From contig CAXXGJ010000038.1 in the NCBI GenBank assembly GCA_963677895.2, positions 544,001 through 608,000 of the forward strand: a DNA stretch of 64,000 nucleotides. The letters are read 5' to 3'. The number at the start of each line of letters is the position of its first letter. Within the stretch, counting starts at the first letter, position 1. The DNA is from Treponemataceae bacterium. GTDB lineage: Bacteria; Spirochaetota; Spirochaetia; Treponematales; Rectinemataceae. Positions 10,082 through 19,421 of this stretch are shown here, piece by piece. The translations under genes and the position numbers were made by a program. The notes beneath the pieces were generated by a model. The model was not told where the DNA came from and made no database searches. It saw only the letters and a program-made list of their open reading frames with translations.

Positions 10082-11770
10082 ATGGCGATTTCGATCCTCC
10101 AGAATATATCCCTCATTATTTCCATCGCCGTCATCTATCACCTCATAGCGCGAAAACTCCGCGGCAAGCGGGTAATTGTATCACTGCTCAATGGTTTGCT
10201 CTTCAGTTTCGCCACGATCATAACGATGCTCGTTTCCTTTCGCTTCGCCCAAGGCATCATCTACGATGGACGAACGATCCTGCTGACGATCGCCGGTCTT
10301 TTTGGCGGTCCGATCGTCCTGGGATTCGCGACGCTGACTTCTGTCATATTCCGTTTTTTCATCATAGGGGGGAGCGGCCGCGTCGTCGGGGTCCTTACCA
10401 TCGTCATTGCGTCAGGCATAGGCCTCTGCGCCTACATCTGGAGAAAACAGATCCGAAAACCCTTGAATGCCTGGAGAATCATGGCGATCGGCTATTCGGT
10501 CCACCTGCTTATGCTCTTCGCTCAGCTATTGCTGCCCGATCAGCGCTGGAAAGAAATCATCCCCGCGATCGCCCTTCCGGTTCTTCTCTTTTATCCTCTC
10601 GCTTTTTTCCTGATCTGCCAACTCTTCATCGAAAACGAGGAGCGCGAGAAGAACCAGGCGATGCTCGAGGAATCCGAGGCCCGCTATAAGCTTCTGTTCC
10701 AGAACCATCGGTCGATCATGCTGCTGATCGACCATGAAACCGGACGGATTGTCGACGCGAACCCCGCCGCCGAGGCTTTCTATGGCTGGACGAGACAGGT
10801 ACTTCTCTCGAAAAACATCGCCGAAATTAACACCCTGCCAGCCGATCAGCTTCGCGACAGGCTGAACCAGGCGCTTGAGCGAAACGATAACGCTTTCATT
10901 TTCAAACACCGAAGAGCTTCGGGAGACATCAGGGATGTCGAAGTCTTCGCGGGACCCATCGAGTATTCCGGCAAGAAGCTCTTATATTCCATCGTGCATG
11001 ACGCCACGGCCAGAATAAAAGCGGAGAACGAGGTGAGGGAGCTGAATCAGTCGCTGGAAAACCAGGTCGCCAGACGCACCGAGCAGCTTCAGGAAGCCAA
11101 TGGGGAACTGGAAGCCTTTGTCTATTCGGTTTCCCACGATCTTCGGGCTCCCCTGCGCGCGATGGAAGGTTTCGGGGTCTTATTGGGAGAAGATACGGAG
11201 AGCCGGCTTTCGGAAACCTCGAAGCACTATATCGACAGGATACGATACAACGTCAAGAAAATGAGCCAGCTCATCGACGATCTGCTTCGTCTGTCGAGAA
11301 TCGCCCGCCAAACGCTGACATACTCTAGCGTCGACCTTACGCGGCTCGCGAGGGAAAGCGTGGAGGAAATGTCGGTTCGTTTTCCGGGCAGGAAGCTATT
11401 TGTATCCATTCAGGAAGGTCTGTCGGTCAAGGCCGACAAAGCCCTCATGGAATTGATGCTTCTCAATCTTTTCGAGAACGCGTGGAAATTCACATCCGCC
11501 GTCCCCGAGGCCGCCGTCGTCTTCGGCGCCGCTGACATCGACGATGAGCGAGTCTATTCAATACGGGATAATGGCATCGGATTCGATATGGCCTACGCTG
11601 ACAAACTCTTCACGCCCTTTCAGCGGCTGCATTCCGAACAGGAGTACGGCGGATCGGGCATCGGGCTCAGTATCGCGCGAAGGATCGTCACCAGGCATGG
11701 AGGCAGGATATGGGTCGAGGCGGCACCCGATAAGGGCGCGACATTCTATTTCACCCTTGGAGACAGATGA
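10082..11770 (+). CDS. sensor histidine kinase (5TM LytS-type input, PAS, HisKA, HATPase)
   Basis: Hydrophobic N-terminus with YDGR..GLFGGP, PAS (DANPAA), H box SHDLRAPL, ENAWKF, DNGIGF, GSGIGL. Confidence 0.9.
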   Translation: MAISILQNISLIISIAVIYHLIARKLRGKRVIVSLLNGLLFSFATIITMLVSFRFAQGIIYDGRTILLTIAGLFGGPIVLGFATLTSVIFRFFIIGGSGRVVGVLTIVIASGIGLCAYIWRKQIRKPLNAWRIMAIGYSVHLLMLFAQLLLPDQRWKEIIPAIALPVLLFYPLAFFLICQLFIENEEREKNQAMLEESEARYKLLFQNHRSIMLLIDHETGRIVDANPAAEAFYGWTRQVLLSKNIAEINTLPADQLRDRLNQALERNDNAFIFKHRRASGDIRDVEVFAGPIEYSGKKLLYSIVHDATARIKAENEVRELNQSLENQVARRTEQLQEANGELEAFVYSVSHDLRAPLRAMEGFGVLLGEDTESRLSETSKHYIDRIRYNVKKMSQLIDDLLRLSRIARQTLTYSSVDLTRLARESVEEMSVRFPGRKLFVSIQEGLSVKADKALMELMLLNLFENAWKFTSAVPEAAVVFGAADIDDERVYSIRDNGIGFDMAYADKLFTPFQRLHSEQEYGGSGIGLSIARRIVTRHGGRIWVEAAPDKGATFYFTLGDR

Positions 11771-14001
11771 TGCCTTCCAATAATCAACATGACAGATCCT
11801 TCCGAATACTTGTCATCGAAGACAATCCCGATGACGCTTTTCTCGTCCTGCATACCTTGAAAGCCAATTTCCCAAGCGCGGAATGCTTCCACGTGCAGGG
11901 CCGTAAAGAGCTGGAGACGTTTTTAGCCCTTCCCCAAAAGCCCGACATCATCCTCTCGGATTGGTCTCTTCCGCAGTTCAATGGCTTGGCCGCCCTGGAG
12001 ATGGTCAAACGAAGAGGCATCGATGTTCCCTTCATCATCGTATCGGGTAAAATCGGGGAAGAAGCCGCGATTTTGGCCATCAAGCAGGGCGTGTACGATT
12101 ATGTCCTTAAGGACAATCTCGCGAGGCTTCCCACGGCGATACATCATGCCCTCGATTATCATCAGAACGAGAAAAAAGCCAAAATCGTCAACGCGCTCAT
12201 AACCCTCCAGGCGACAGCGTTGAAGGTTGCCCCGGCCGCCATAGCGGTCTTCAGCGCGGCGGGCACGATCGAATGGATCAACCCGGCTTTCGAGGAACTG
12301 ACCGGCTATACCAGCGATGATCTGCTGGGCAGTGCTTTTTGCACAACCTGCAGCGCTCTTGGCTACCAGCGGCTGGAATCCATACGCGACAATCCCTTCG
12401 ATATGAAAGAACAGGTGGTCTGCAGCGTCAACAAAAAGAAAAACGGAGAGTTTTATTTCGAGGAAGAAAAATTCTGCCCGGTTTTCGATCAGGACGGAAA
12501 GCTCTCTCATATCGTCGTCATCAAGAAAGATATATCGGCCTCGGAACAGAAGAAAAAGGAAATGGAACAGGATCTGTGGCTATCCACTTCCCTGGGGCAG
12601 TCCAAGAGCCTCGAAGGAATTTGCCAGAACGCGGCGGCTTATTTGAAGGAACAATATTCCGACATTCAGTCCGGCATCTGTCTCTGCGCCGACGGGAATT
12701 CCGGCAAGGGGAAATGGTTCGGCGAGAAGCCGGAAGATTCACGCTCCGCGGGATCCGGAACCTTCAGCCGCCTTATGACCATGGGAGAAGAAAAGATAGG
12801 ACAGATCCTGATCCGCTATCCAATAGATTCCCCTCTGGATATGGAAAAACTTTTCGATTCCCTGGCCAGACAACTGGAAGTCGCGCTGCAAAGCGTGCTG
12901 GCTCAGCAGAAAATATCGGCGCAGATAAGGAATATATCCTTCCTGAAGCTTATCAGCCGCACGATCAGCAGCGATATGGACTTCGAAATGGTCATGGAAC
13001 CGTTACTCCGACAAACACAGAAATTCCTGGACAGCGACGCCGTCGCTCTTTATCTGAACGACAAGGAAAGCGGCCTTTTGATATGTCGGGCACAGAGCGG
13101 ATTCCGGACCGGCCTCATCGAAAACGCCAAAGTCCGCTATGGCCAGCCTTATGTCGGGATAGCCGCCGAGGAACAGCGAATCGTATCGATTTCCCACCTG
13201 GAGAGTCTCAACGGCCAAAAAGAATTCGATGCCCTCATCCGTGCCGAAGCCTTTGAATCCCAACAATGCGCTCCAATCATCATCGCCGGGAAAACAACCG
13301 GCGTCCTTGAGACTTTCCAGCGAAAACCCTTCAACGCAAGTCCCGAATGGATGATTCTTTTCGACGCCATCGCGACGCAGACCGGTCTTGCGCTGGATTA
13401 CAATTCGATCTACGCGGATCTGCAGCATGCCTATCTGGATCTGGAGCTTTCCTACGAAGCGACCATCGAAGGCTGGTCGGCCGCCATGGATTACCGGGAT
13501 CAGGAGACCGAAGGACATTCGAAACGCGTCACTTCGCTGGCGCTCTCCCTGGCCGCACGTCTGGGCATTCCGGAAGAGGAGATCGCCACCATCAGCCGCG
13601 GCGCCCTGCTTCACGATGTCGGGAAAATTGGCATTCCCGACAGCATCCTGAAAAAGCCCGGCCAGCTGGATGAGGAAGAATGGAAGCTCATGAAAACGCA
13701 TCCGCTCATCGCCTACAATATGCTGTCGCGAATCCCCTATCTGAAGGAAAGCCTCGTCATACCGCTCTACCATCATGAAAAATGGGACGGCAGCGGGTAT
13801 CCCGAGGGTCTGAAGGGCGAGAGGATACCCCTAGCCGCCCGGATATTCTCCGTGATAGACGTATTCGACGCGCTGACCAGCGACAGGCCGTACCGAAAGG
13901 CATGGAGCAAAGAGAAAACGATGGACTATATACGAGAGCAAGCCGGCCGGCATTTCGATCCCGCTATAGTCAATGCGTTCGTCTCCATGCTGGATGGCTG
14001 A
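11767..14001 (+). CDS. response regulator REC-PAS-GAF-HD-GYP c-di-GMP phosphodiesterase
   Basis: IEDNPDD and SDWSLP receiver, PAS, GAF, HSKRV, LHDVGKIG, HHEKWDGSGYP. Confidence 0.9.
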   Translation: MMPSNNQHDRSFRILVIEDNPDDAFLVLHTLKANFPSAECFHVQGRKELETFLALPQKPDIILSDWSLPQFNGLAALEMVKRRGIDVPFIIVSGKIGEEAAILAIKQGVYDYVLKDNLARLPTAIHHALDYHQNEKKAKIVNALITLQATALKVAPAAIAVFSAAGTIEWINPAFEELTGYTSDDLLGSAFCTTCSALGYQRLESIRDNPFDMKEQVVCSVNKKKNGEFYFEEEKFCPVFDQDGKLSHIVVIKKDISASEQKKKEMEQDLWLSTSLGQSKSLEGICQNAAAYLKEQYSDIQSGICLCADGNSGKGKWFGEKPEDSRSAGSGTFSRLMTMGEEKIGQILIRYPIDSPLDMEKLFDSLARQLEVALQSVLAQQKISAQIRNISFLKLISRTISSDMDFEMVMEPLLRQTQKFLDSDAVALYLNDKESGLLICRAQSGFRTGLIENAKVRYGQPYVGIAAEEQRIVSISHLESLNGQKEFDALIRAEAFESQQCAPIIIAGKTTGVLETFQRKPFNASPEWMILFDAIATQTGLALDYNSIYADLQHAYLDLELSYEATIEGWSAAMDYRDQETEGHSKRVTSLALSLAARLGIPEEEIATISRGALLHDVGKIGIPDSILKKPGQLDEEEWKLMKTHPLIAYNMLSRIPYLKESLVIPLYHHEKWDGSGYPEGLKGERIPLAARIFSVIDVFDALTSDRPYRKAWSKEKTMDYIREQAGRHFDPAIVNAFVSMLDG

Positions 14002-14026
14002 ATTCTCCGCTTCAAAGAAGGAAAAG

Positions 14027-14713
14027 ATGAAAGACCCTCTCACCAAGGATAAAATCACCACAGCGACGCCAGCGTTCATTTTTCTGGCCATTTTCTATGC
14101 CGCCCTGCTGATCATCTCGAACATCACGGTGGTCAAGCTCGTCCGCGTCGGTCCGTTTTTACTGACCGCCGCCTTCTTCACCTACCCCCTTGTCTATGTC
14201 ATTTCCGATATCATGACGGAAATCTACGGCTATCATTTATCGATGAAGGCGATCTGGGCGAATTTCTCGGCGCAGGCGTTGATCGCCATCATCTTGTCGC
14301 TGACGATTCGGCTCCGCGGCATCGACGATTCGATCCAGAACGCGATGACAGTCCTTTTTTCGACGACGTGGCGGATCGCCGCTGGATCGTTGGTGGCGTA
14401 CTGGGTCGGGGATTGGCTGAATTCCCTTGTCCTTTCAAAAATGAAGGTCGCGCAGAAAGGCCGGCACTTTTTTTTGCGGGCGATGGCTTCGAGCCTCCCC
14501 GCCCACATGATCGATACGGCGCTCTTCAATATCCTGGCTTTTTCCGGCGTTTGGACCCCCGGCCAGATACTGCAGAACACGCTCTCCGAATCGTCCCTGG
14601 CCTCCGCCTATGAGCTTTTGATCTTCCCGATCACCTTCGTCGTGGTTCGCTGGTGGAAAAAAATCGAAAAGACTGACGTCTATGACGATGGGATCAGCTA
14701 TCGGCCTTTCTAA
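14027..14713 (+). CDS. queuosine precursor transporter (YhhQ/Vut_1 family)
   Basis: ISNI..VK, FTYPLVYVISDIMTEIYG, RIAAGSLVAY, DTALF. Confidence 0.85.
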   Translation: MKDPLTKDKITTATPAFIFLAIFYAALLIISNITVVKLVRVGPFLLTAAFFTYPLVYVISDIMTEIYGYHLSMKAIWANFSAQALIAIILSLTIRLRGIDDSIQNAMTVLFSTTWRIAAGSLVAYWVGDWLNSLVLSKMKVAQKGRHFFLRAMASSLPAHMIDTALFNILAFSGVWTPGQILQNTLSESSLASAYELLIFPITFVVVRWWKKIEKTDVYDDGISYRPF

Positions 14714-14731
14714 GGTCAAAAAGACAACAAA

Positions 14732-14809
14732 TTCAGGTAAATCGACGAACCGGTAGGTTCGTCGCCGTCCATTTCAGGTAAATCGACGAACCGAAGGTTC
14801 GTCGCCGTC
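14732..14809. repeat. tandem duplication of a ~38 nt palindromic (REP-like) unit
   Basis: TTCAGGTAAATCGACGAACC(GGTA/GAA)GGTTCGTCGCCGTC at 14732-14769 and 14773-14809. Confidence 0.85.
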
Positions 14810-14853
14810 AAATAAAAAGGGCCACCCTGTCGGGTGACCCTTTTTATTTGACG
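14806..14853. terminator. bidirectional terminator
   Basis: CGTCAAATAAAAAGGG...CCCTTTTTATTTGACG perfect 16 bp arms around a CACCC/GGGTG stem, between convergent transporter gene and tRNA-Asn. Confidence 0.8.
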
Positions 14854-14926
14854 CTCCCCCGCCCGGGTTCGAACCAGGGACCCAGTGGTTAACAGCCACT
14901 TGCTCTGCCAGCTGAGCTACAGGGGA
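14854..14926 (-). tRNA. tRNA-Asn (GTT)
   Basis: Reverse complement TCCCCTGTAGCTCAGCTGGCAGAGCAAGTGGCTGTTAACCACTGGGTCCCTGGTTCGAACCCGGGCGGGGGAG. Confidence 0.95.
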
Positions 14927-14994
14927 AAGCTGTTGGATACTCTCCAAAAGCGAGTGAAATTTAACGCCTTCTCATGGCTTTGTCAATAGGAATC

Positions 14995-17184
14995 TCATTT
15001 CGGCTTTTTCTTTTCCTCGTCGCCCTGCTCGGCTTTCTTTCTCGCCAGGGCGGCCAGCAATCCATGCGGGCGCTCTTCGGCAGGCTTAGGCGTCTCCCGT
15101 TTTTTCCGGGCAGGTTTCGGGTTGACCGACTTCGTTGGCGCCGCCGGCTTTGCCGATACTGTCGTTTTCGCCGATACCGCTGGCTTTGCTGGTACCACCG
15201 TCTTCGCGTCGCCCTCCAGGCTGAAGTCGGCTTCGGGGATCAGCTCGGGCTCGTTCGGCCCCGTGGGCTTTACCCGCCTGGCCGAAGAAACGGCTTCCAG
15301 GACTTCCCTGGTGGCGAGGCGCTGACCGGCCGATTTCATGCCTTTGCGCATATAATTCTTCGTCTTGAACGTCTCTTCGTTCTTTTTGGTGCGGGGTTTC
15401 TTGGCATAGCTGAGCGTGAACTCGAAATCCTTCTCCGTCGAGAAAAGGAGCATCTGGGCGCCTTCGGGAATGAGGGAGTAATCCTTGCCGATGATCCAGG
15501 TTTCGATCGAACTCCGCTTGATGTACGGGAAGCCAGTCCCCGCGGCGCGATAGATAATCGTGAGCGGGGTGGAACTGATCTCTTCCTTGTTGGCGACGGC
15601 CACCCATTGAAGCCCCTGATCGACGAAGAGTTTTTCAGGAACGGGCACCACCGAGTACATGCCGCTGTGCCGGACTACGAGGATGCGGTCGAATGCGGAT
15701 ACTTCGAGCAGTTTTTCTCCCGAGGAGACGGCCATCCCCAAATAGCCCGACTGCTCGTCGTAGCGGAGCGCGACGTCGCGGCGCGCCGCTTCCTTGACGT
15801 CGATCTTGGAGAAGCTCTGGATGGCGGTGCGCCGCGGCCACGAGGATTCAAGCTTCTTGGCCATGCCCTTGAGGAAGTCCACGGCATAGGCCACAAGGCC
15901 GCGAAGATGCGCCTCGATTTCCTTGAGGCGATCGCCGAGCCGGCGCATCTCGTCCTTCGCCTTTTCTATATCGTACAACGATATTCGGCGAATCGGTATT
16001 TTAAGCAGGCGTTCAATATCCTCGGGAGTCACCGCCCTGCCTATCTCCTTGGCGAAGGGCTCGAGCCCTTCGAGCACGGCGAGATTGACCGTTTCCTGCG
16101 TCTTTTTGTTCTCGATGCGCTTGTAGACGCGCTCCTCGATGAAAATGCGCTCGAGAGTCCTGGCATGCAGCTCGTCCAGCAGTTCGTCGCGGATTATCTC
16201 CAGTTCCTTCTTCAGGACGGCGAGAAGCTTGTCGGCATGGTGGCGGACGATCTCTGCGGGCGTCGTGATCTCCGGTTTCTGGTCGTGGATGACGAGGCAG
16301 TTGCAGGAAATGCTCTGCTCGCACTCGGTAAAGGCGTAGAGAGCGTCGATCACTTCCTGGGTGTACACCCCGCGCTGGAGGCGTATCTCGATCTCCACCT
16401 TGTCAGTGGTAAAATCGGAGATCGAGGCTATCTTGAGCTGGCCCGAGCGGGATGCCGCCTCGATGCTCGCGATGAGGCTTTCCGTCGTCGAGGAATAGGG
16501 AATCTCCCTGATCACGATCTTCTTGGGGTCGGAGATGTCGAGTTTGGCCCGTACGAGAACCTTACCGTTGCCCTCCCTGTAGTCCGAAAGGTCCATCGAT
16601 CCGCCCGTCGGGAAATCCGGGTAGACCTCGAATTTCTTGCCCTGAAGACAGGCTATTTCGGCCTTGATCACCTCCACCGGATTATGGGGCAGGATCTTCG
16701 TGCTCATCCCCACCGCGATGCCCTCGGCGCCCATGAGAAGGACGACGGGGAGTTTGGCGGGGAAATGCCTGGGTTCCTTGTTCCGCCCGTCGTAGGAATC
16801 GACGTAGGCGGTCGTCTTGGGATTGTAAAAGACTTCCTTGGCGAAGGCCGAAGCCCGGCATTCGATGTATCGCGCGGCCGATGCCTCGTCGCCCGTGAAA
16901 ATGTTGCCGAAGTTGCCCTGCTTGTCTATGAAAAGTTCCTTGTTCGCCAGGACGACGAGGGCCGAACCTATCGACTGGTCCCCGTGGGGATGGTACTTCA
17001 TGCAGTGGCCTATCGCGTTGGCCACCTTATGGAACTTGCCGTCATCCATCTCGAAGAGGGAGTGGAGAATGCGCCGCTGTACGGGCTTGAGGCCGTCCTC
17101 GAGATCGGGGATGGCGCGGTCCTTGATGACGTAGGAGGCGTAGTAGAGGAAATTATCGTTGAAAAGCTTCTTCAGGTATGCCAT
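14995..17184 (-). CDS. parC: DNA topoisomerase IV subunit A
   Basis: DGLKPVQRRIL, YHPHGD, AARYIE catalytic Tyr, EGIAVGMST; low-complexity Lys/Pro/Ala tail. Confidence 0.9.
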   Translation of the reverse strand: MAYLKKLFNDNFLYYASYVIKDRAIPDLEDGLKPVQRRILHSLFEMDDGKFHKVANAIGHCMKYHPHGDQSIGSALVVLANKELFIDKQGNFGNIFTGDEASAARYIECRASAFAKEVFYNPKTTAYVDSYDGRNKEPRHFPAKLPVVLLMGAEGIAVGMSTKILPHNPVEVIKAEIACLQGKKFEVYPDFPTGGSMDLSDYREGNGKVLVRAKLDISDPKKIVIREIPYSSTTESLIASIEAASRSGQLKIASISDFTTDKVEIEIRLQRGVYTQEVIDALYAFTECEQSISCNCLVIHDQKPEITTPAEIVRHHADKLLAVLKKELEIIRDELLDELHARTLERIFIEERVYKRIENKKTQETVNLAVLEGLEPFAKEIGRAVTPEDIERLLKIPIRRISLYDIEKAKDEMRRLGDRLKEIEAHLRGLVAYAVDFLKGMAKKLESSWPRRTAIQSFSKIDVKEAARRDVALRYDEQSGYLGMAVSSGEKLLEVSAFDRILVVRHSGMYSVVPVPEKLFVDQGLQWVAVANKEEISSTPLTIIYRAAGTGFPYIKRSSIETWIIGKDYSLIPEGAQMLLFSTEKDFEFTLSYAKKPRTKKNEETFKTKNYMRKGMKSAGQRLATREVLEAVSSARRVKPTGPNEPELIPEADFSLEGDAKTVVPAKPAVSAKTTVSAKPAAPTKSVNPKPARKKRETPKPAEERPHGLLAALARKKAEQGDEEKKKPK

Positions 17185-17193
17185 GGCTGCTTC

Positions 17194-19014
17194 CTAGAGG
17201 TCCGCGATGAGATTCTGCATGATGTATTCCCTGCGATCGGGCGTGTTCTTGCCCATATAGAATTCGAGGAGCTCGGGCACCGAGGCTAGGGTCTGTATGT
17301 CCACCTTCACGATGCGCAGATCCTTTCCGATGAACTGACCGAATTCATCCGGGCTGATCTCCCCCAGGCCCTTGAACCGCGTCGTCTCGCTGCCCGGGCC
17401 GAGGGCTTTGATGGCTTCGTCCCGCTCCCTCGCGCTGTAGCAGTATCGCGTCTCCTTCTTGGTCCTGACCCTGAAGAGGGGCGTCTCGAGGATGTACACC
17501 CTGCCTTGCGTCACTAGTTCCTCGAAATAGGTGAGGAAAAAGGTGAGAAGGAGATTGCGGATGTGGAAGCCGTCGTAGTCGGCGTCGGTGGCCATGATGA
17601 TCTTGCCGTAGCGCAGGTTTTCCAGCTCGTTCTCTATGCCCAGGGCCATCATGAGATTGTAGAGTTCCTCGTTCTTGTAGATGGCGGTCTGGCGCCTGCC
17701 GAACATGTTTTCCGGCTTGCCCCTGAGGGAGAAGATGGCCTGGGTGTAGACATCGCGTGAGCTGACCATCGATCCGGCCGCCGACTGTCCCTCGGTGATG
17801 AAGATCATCGATCCATCGCCCTTCTCCCCGTCGCCCAGGTGGTACTTGCAGTCCTTGAGCTTGGGGATCTTGAGTTCGATCTTTTTCGCCGCTTCCTTGG
17901 CTTCTTTCTTGACCACATTGAGTTCGGTGCGCAGCTTTTCGCTGGAGAGTATCTTTTCCTGGAGCTTTTTGGCCGCCACGGGATTGCGCCTCAGGAATTC
18001 GTCGACGCCCCGCTTCACTTCCTGCTGTATCCAGGGGCGGATTTCTGCGTTGCCGAGCTTGTTCTTGGTCTGACTCTCGAAAAGAGGGTTCTGGAGCTTG
18101 ACCGCCACTGCCGCCGCCACTCCCTCGCGTATGTCCTCGCCCTTCCAGGAAGCCTGGTAGAACTCGTTGACCGCCTTGAGGAAGCCCTCGCGGAAGGCCG
18201 AAAGATGGGTGCCGCCGTCCGAGGTATACTGGCCGTTGACGAAGGAGAAATGTTCCTCGCCGTAGTTGTTGGTATGGGTGAAGGAGAACTCGATCTTGTC
18301 GCCCACGTACCAGCCTATGTCATAGAGGGCGGAACCGTTGACCTCCGAGTCGAGAAGGTCGAGCAGCCCATTCTGGGCCTTGAATTCCTTGCCGTTGAGG
18401 ATGATGGTGAGGCCTGTATTGAGGCAGGCGTAGGCCCACATGCGCTTTTCCAGGAACTCCATGTTATAGCTGTACTCGGGGAATATTTCCGTGTCGGGGG
18501 TGAATTCCACGAGGAGGCCGTTTTTCTCCCTGCCCGCCGAATCCTCGCGGGAGCTCTTCAGCACTCCCCGCTCGAAGGTCGCCTCGAAGAGACGGCCGTC
18601 GCGGTAGGAGACGACGTGGAAATTCTTCGAAAGGGCGTTGACCGCCTTGGTTCCAACCCCGTTCAGGCCGACCGAAAACTGGAAGACGTCGTCGTTGTAC
18701 TTGGCGCCCGTATTGATGATCGAAACGCAGTCGATCACCTTGCCGAGGGGTATGCCGCGCCCGTAGTCCCTCACGCGGATCCTGTCGCCGGCGACGGTCA
18801 CCGCGATGCGGTTTCCGGCCCCCATGATGAACTCGTCCACCGAGTTGTCAATTACTTCTTTTATAAGGACATAGATTCCGTCGTCGATATTCGAGCCGTC
18901 GCCCAGCCTGCCGATGTACATGCCCGTCCGAAGACGGATATGCTCAAGGGAAGACAGCGTCTTGATCTTCGATTCGTCGTATATTGGCTTGTTGTTTTGT
19001 TTGGATTGTGCCAC
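17194..19014 (-). CDS. parE: DNA topoisomerase IV subunit B
   Basis: EHIRLRTGMYIG, EVIDNSVDE, GLNGVG, ITEGQSA, TDADYDG, RFKGLGE. Confidence 0.9.
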   Translation of the reverse strand: MAQSKQNNKPIYDESKIKTLSSLEHIRLRTGMYIGRLGDGSNIDDGIYVLIKEVIDNSVDEFIMGAGNRIAVTVAGDRIRVRDYGRGIPLGKVIDCVSIINTGAKYNDDVFQFSVGLNGVGTKAVNALSKNFHVVSYRDGRLFEATFERGVLKSSREDSAGREKNGLLVEFTPDTEIFPEYSYNMEFLEKRMWAYACLNTGLTIILNGKEFKAQNGLLDLLDSEVNGSALYDIGWYVGDKIEFSFTHTNNYGEEHFSFVNGQYTSDGGTHLSAFREGFLKAVNEFYQASWKGEDIREGVAAAVAVKLQNPLFESQTKNKLGNAEIRPWIQQEVKRGVDEFLRRNPVAAKKLQEKILSSEKLRTELNVVKKEAKEAAKKIELKIPKLKDCKYHLGDGEKGDGSMIFITEGQSAAGSMVSSRDVYTQAIFSLRGKPENMFGRRQTAIYKNEELYNLMMALGIENELENLRYGKIIMATDADYDGFHIRNLLLTFFLTYFEELVTQGRVYILETPLFRVRTKKETRYCYSARERDEAIKALGPGSETTRFKGLGEISPDEFGQFIGKDLRIVKVDIQTLASVPELLEFYMGKNTPDRREYIMQNLIADL

Positions 19015-19072
19015 GTAACTATAGTACCACAGGGGCGACTTCGGGTACAGTCCAAGCGATACTCTTTGCGTA

Positions 19073-19102
19073 TTGACTATTAGATACTAATTTATATATA
19101 AT
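19073..19102 (+). promoter_or_regulatory. sigma70-type promoter of hydrogenase operon
   Basis: TTGACT-18-TATAAT in AT-rich intergenic region, 10 nt before ATG. Confidence 0.6.
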
Positions 19103-19112
19103 ATTTTATCTT

Positions 19113-19421
19113 ATGAAACCCCAAAAAACCATCACCATCTGCATGGGCAGTTCCTGCTACGCCAGAGGGAACGCCTTCAATGTCGAAGCGATACAGACAT
19201 GGCTCAGAAACCATCGAATGGATGCCCAAATAGACCTGGGCGGCACCCTCTGCGAGGGACGATGCCGGGAGGGTCCCATACTGAAGATCGGATCGGCGAT
19301 CTATACGAAAGTGAATTCCGCGAGCGTGAGCGACATTCTCGAACATGAATTCCCGGCGGGGGAAAACGCGGAAAATGCGGAAGACGCTGAAGATTCGGGA
19401 TTTCCGGGAGCGTCGGCATGA
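19113..19421 (+). CDS. thioredoxin-like [2Fe-2S] ferredoxin (HfsA-like)
   Basis: CMGSSC...LCEGRC..GP NuoE-type motif. Confidence 0.8.
   Translation: MKPQKTITICMGSSCYARGNAFNVEAIQTWLRNHRMDAQIDLGGTLCEGRCREGPILKIGSAIYTKVNSASVSDILEHEFPAGENAENAEDAEDSGFPGASA

Noticed and set aside
14732..14809. Mini CRISPR array
   Set aside because: Only two copies separated by 3 nt, with no spacer and no cas genes
7311..14926. Genomic island between the two tRNAs
   Set aside because: No integrase, no duplicated tRNA 3' end, and the content is housekeeping/signalling genes
14974..17289. Long antisense ORFs (771 aa here; also 28912-31101, 42619-44472, 41505-43064, 17839-19083, 50747-52201)
   Set aside because: Shadow ORFs opposite or overlapping well-supported genes, expected from GC-rich codon bias; no recognisable motifs
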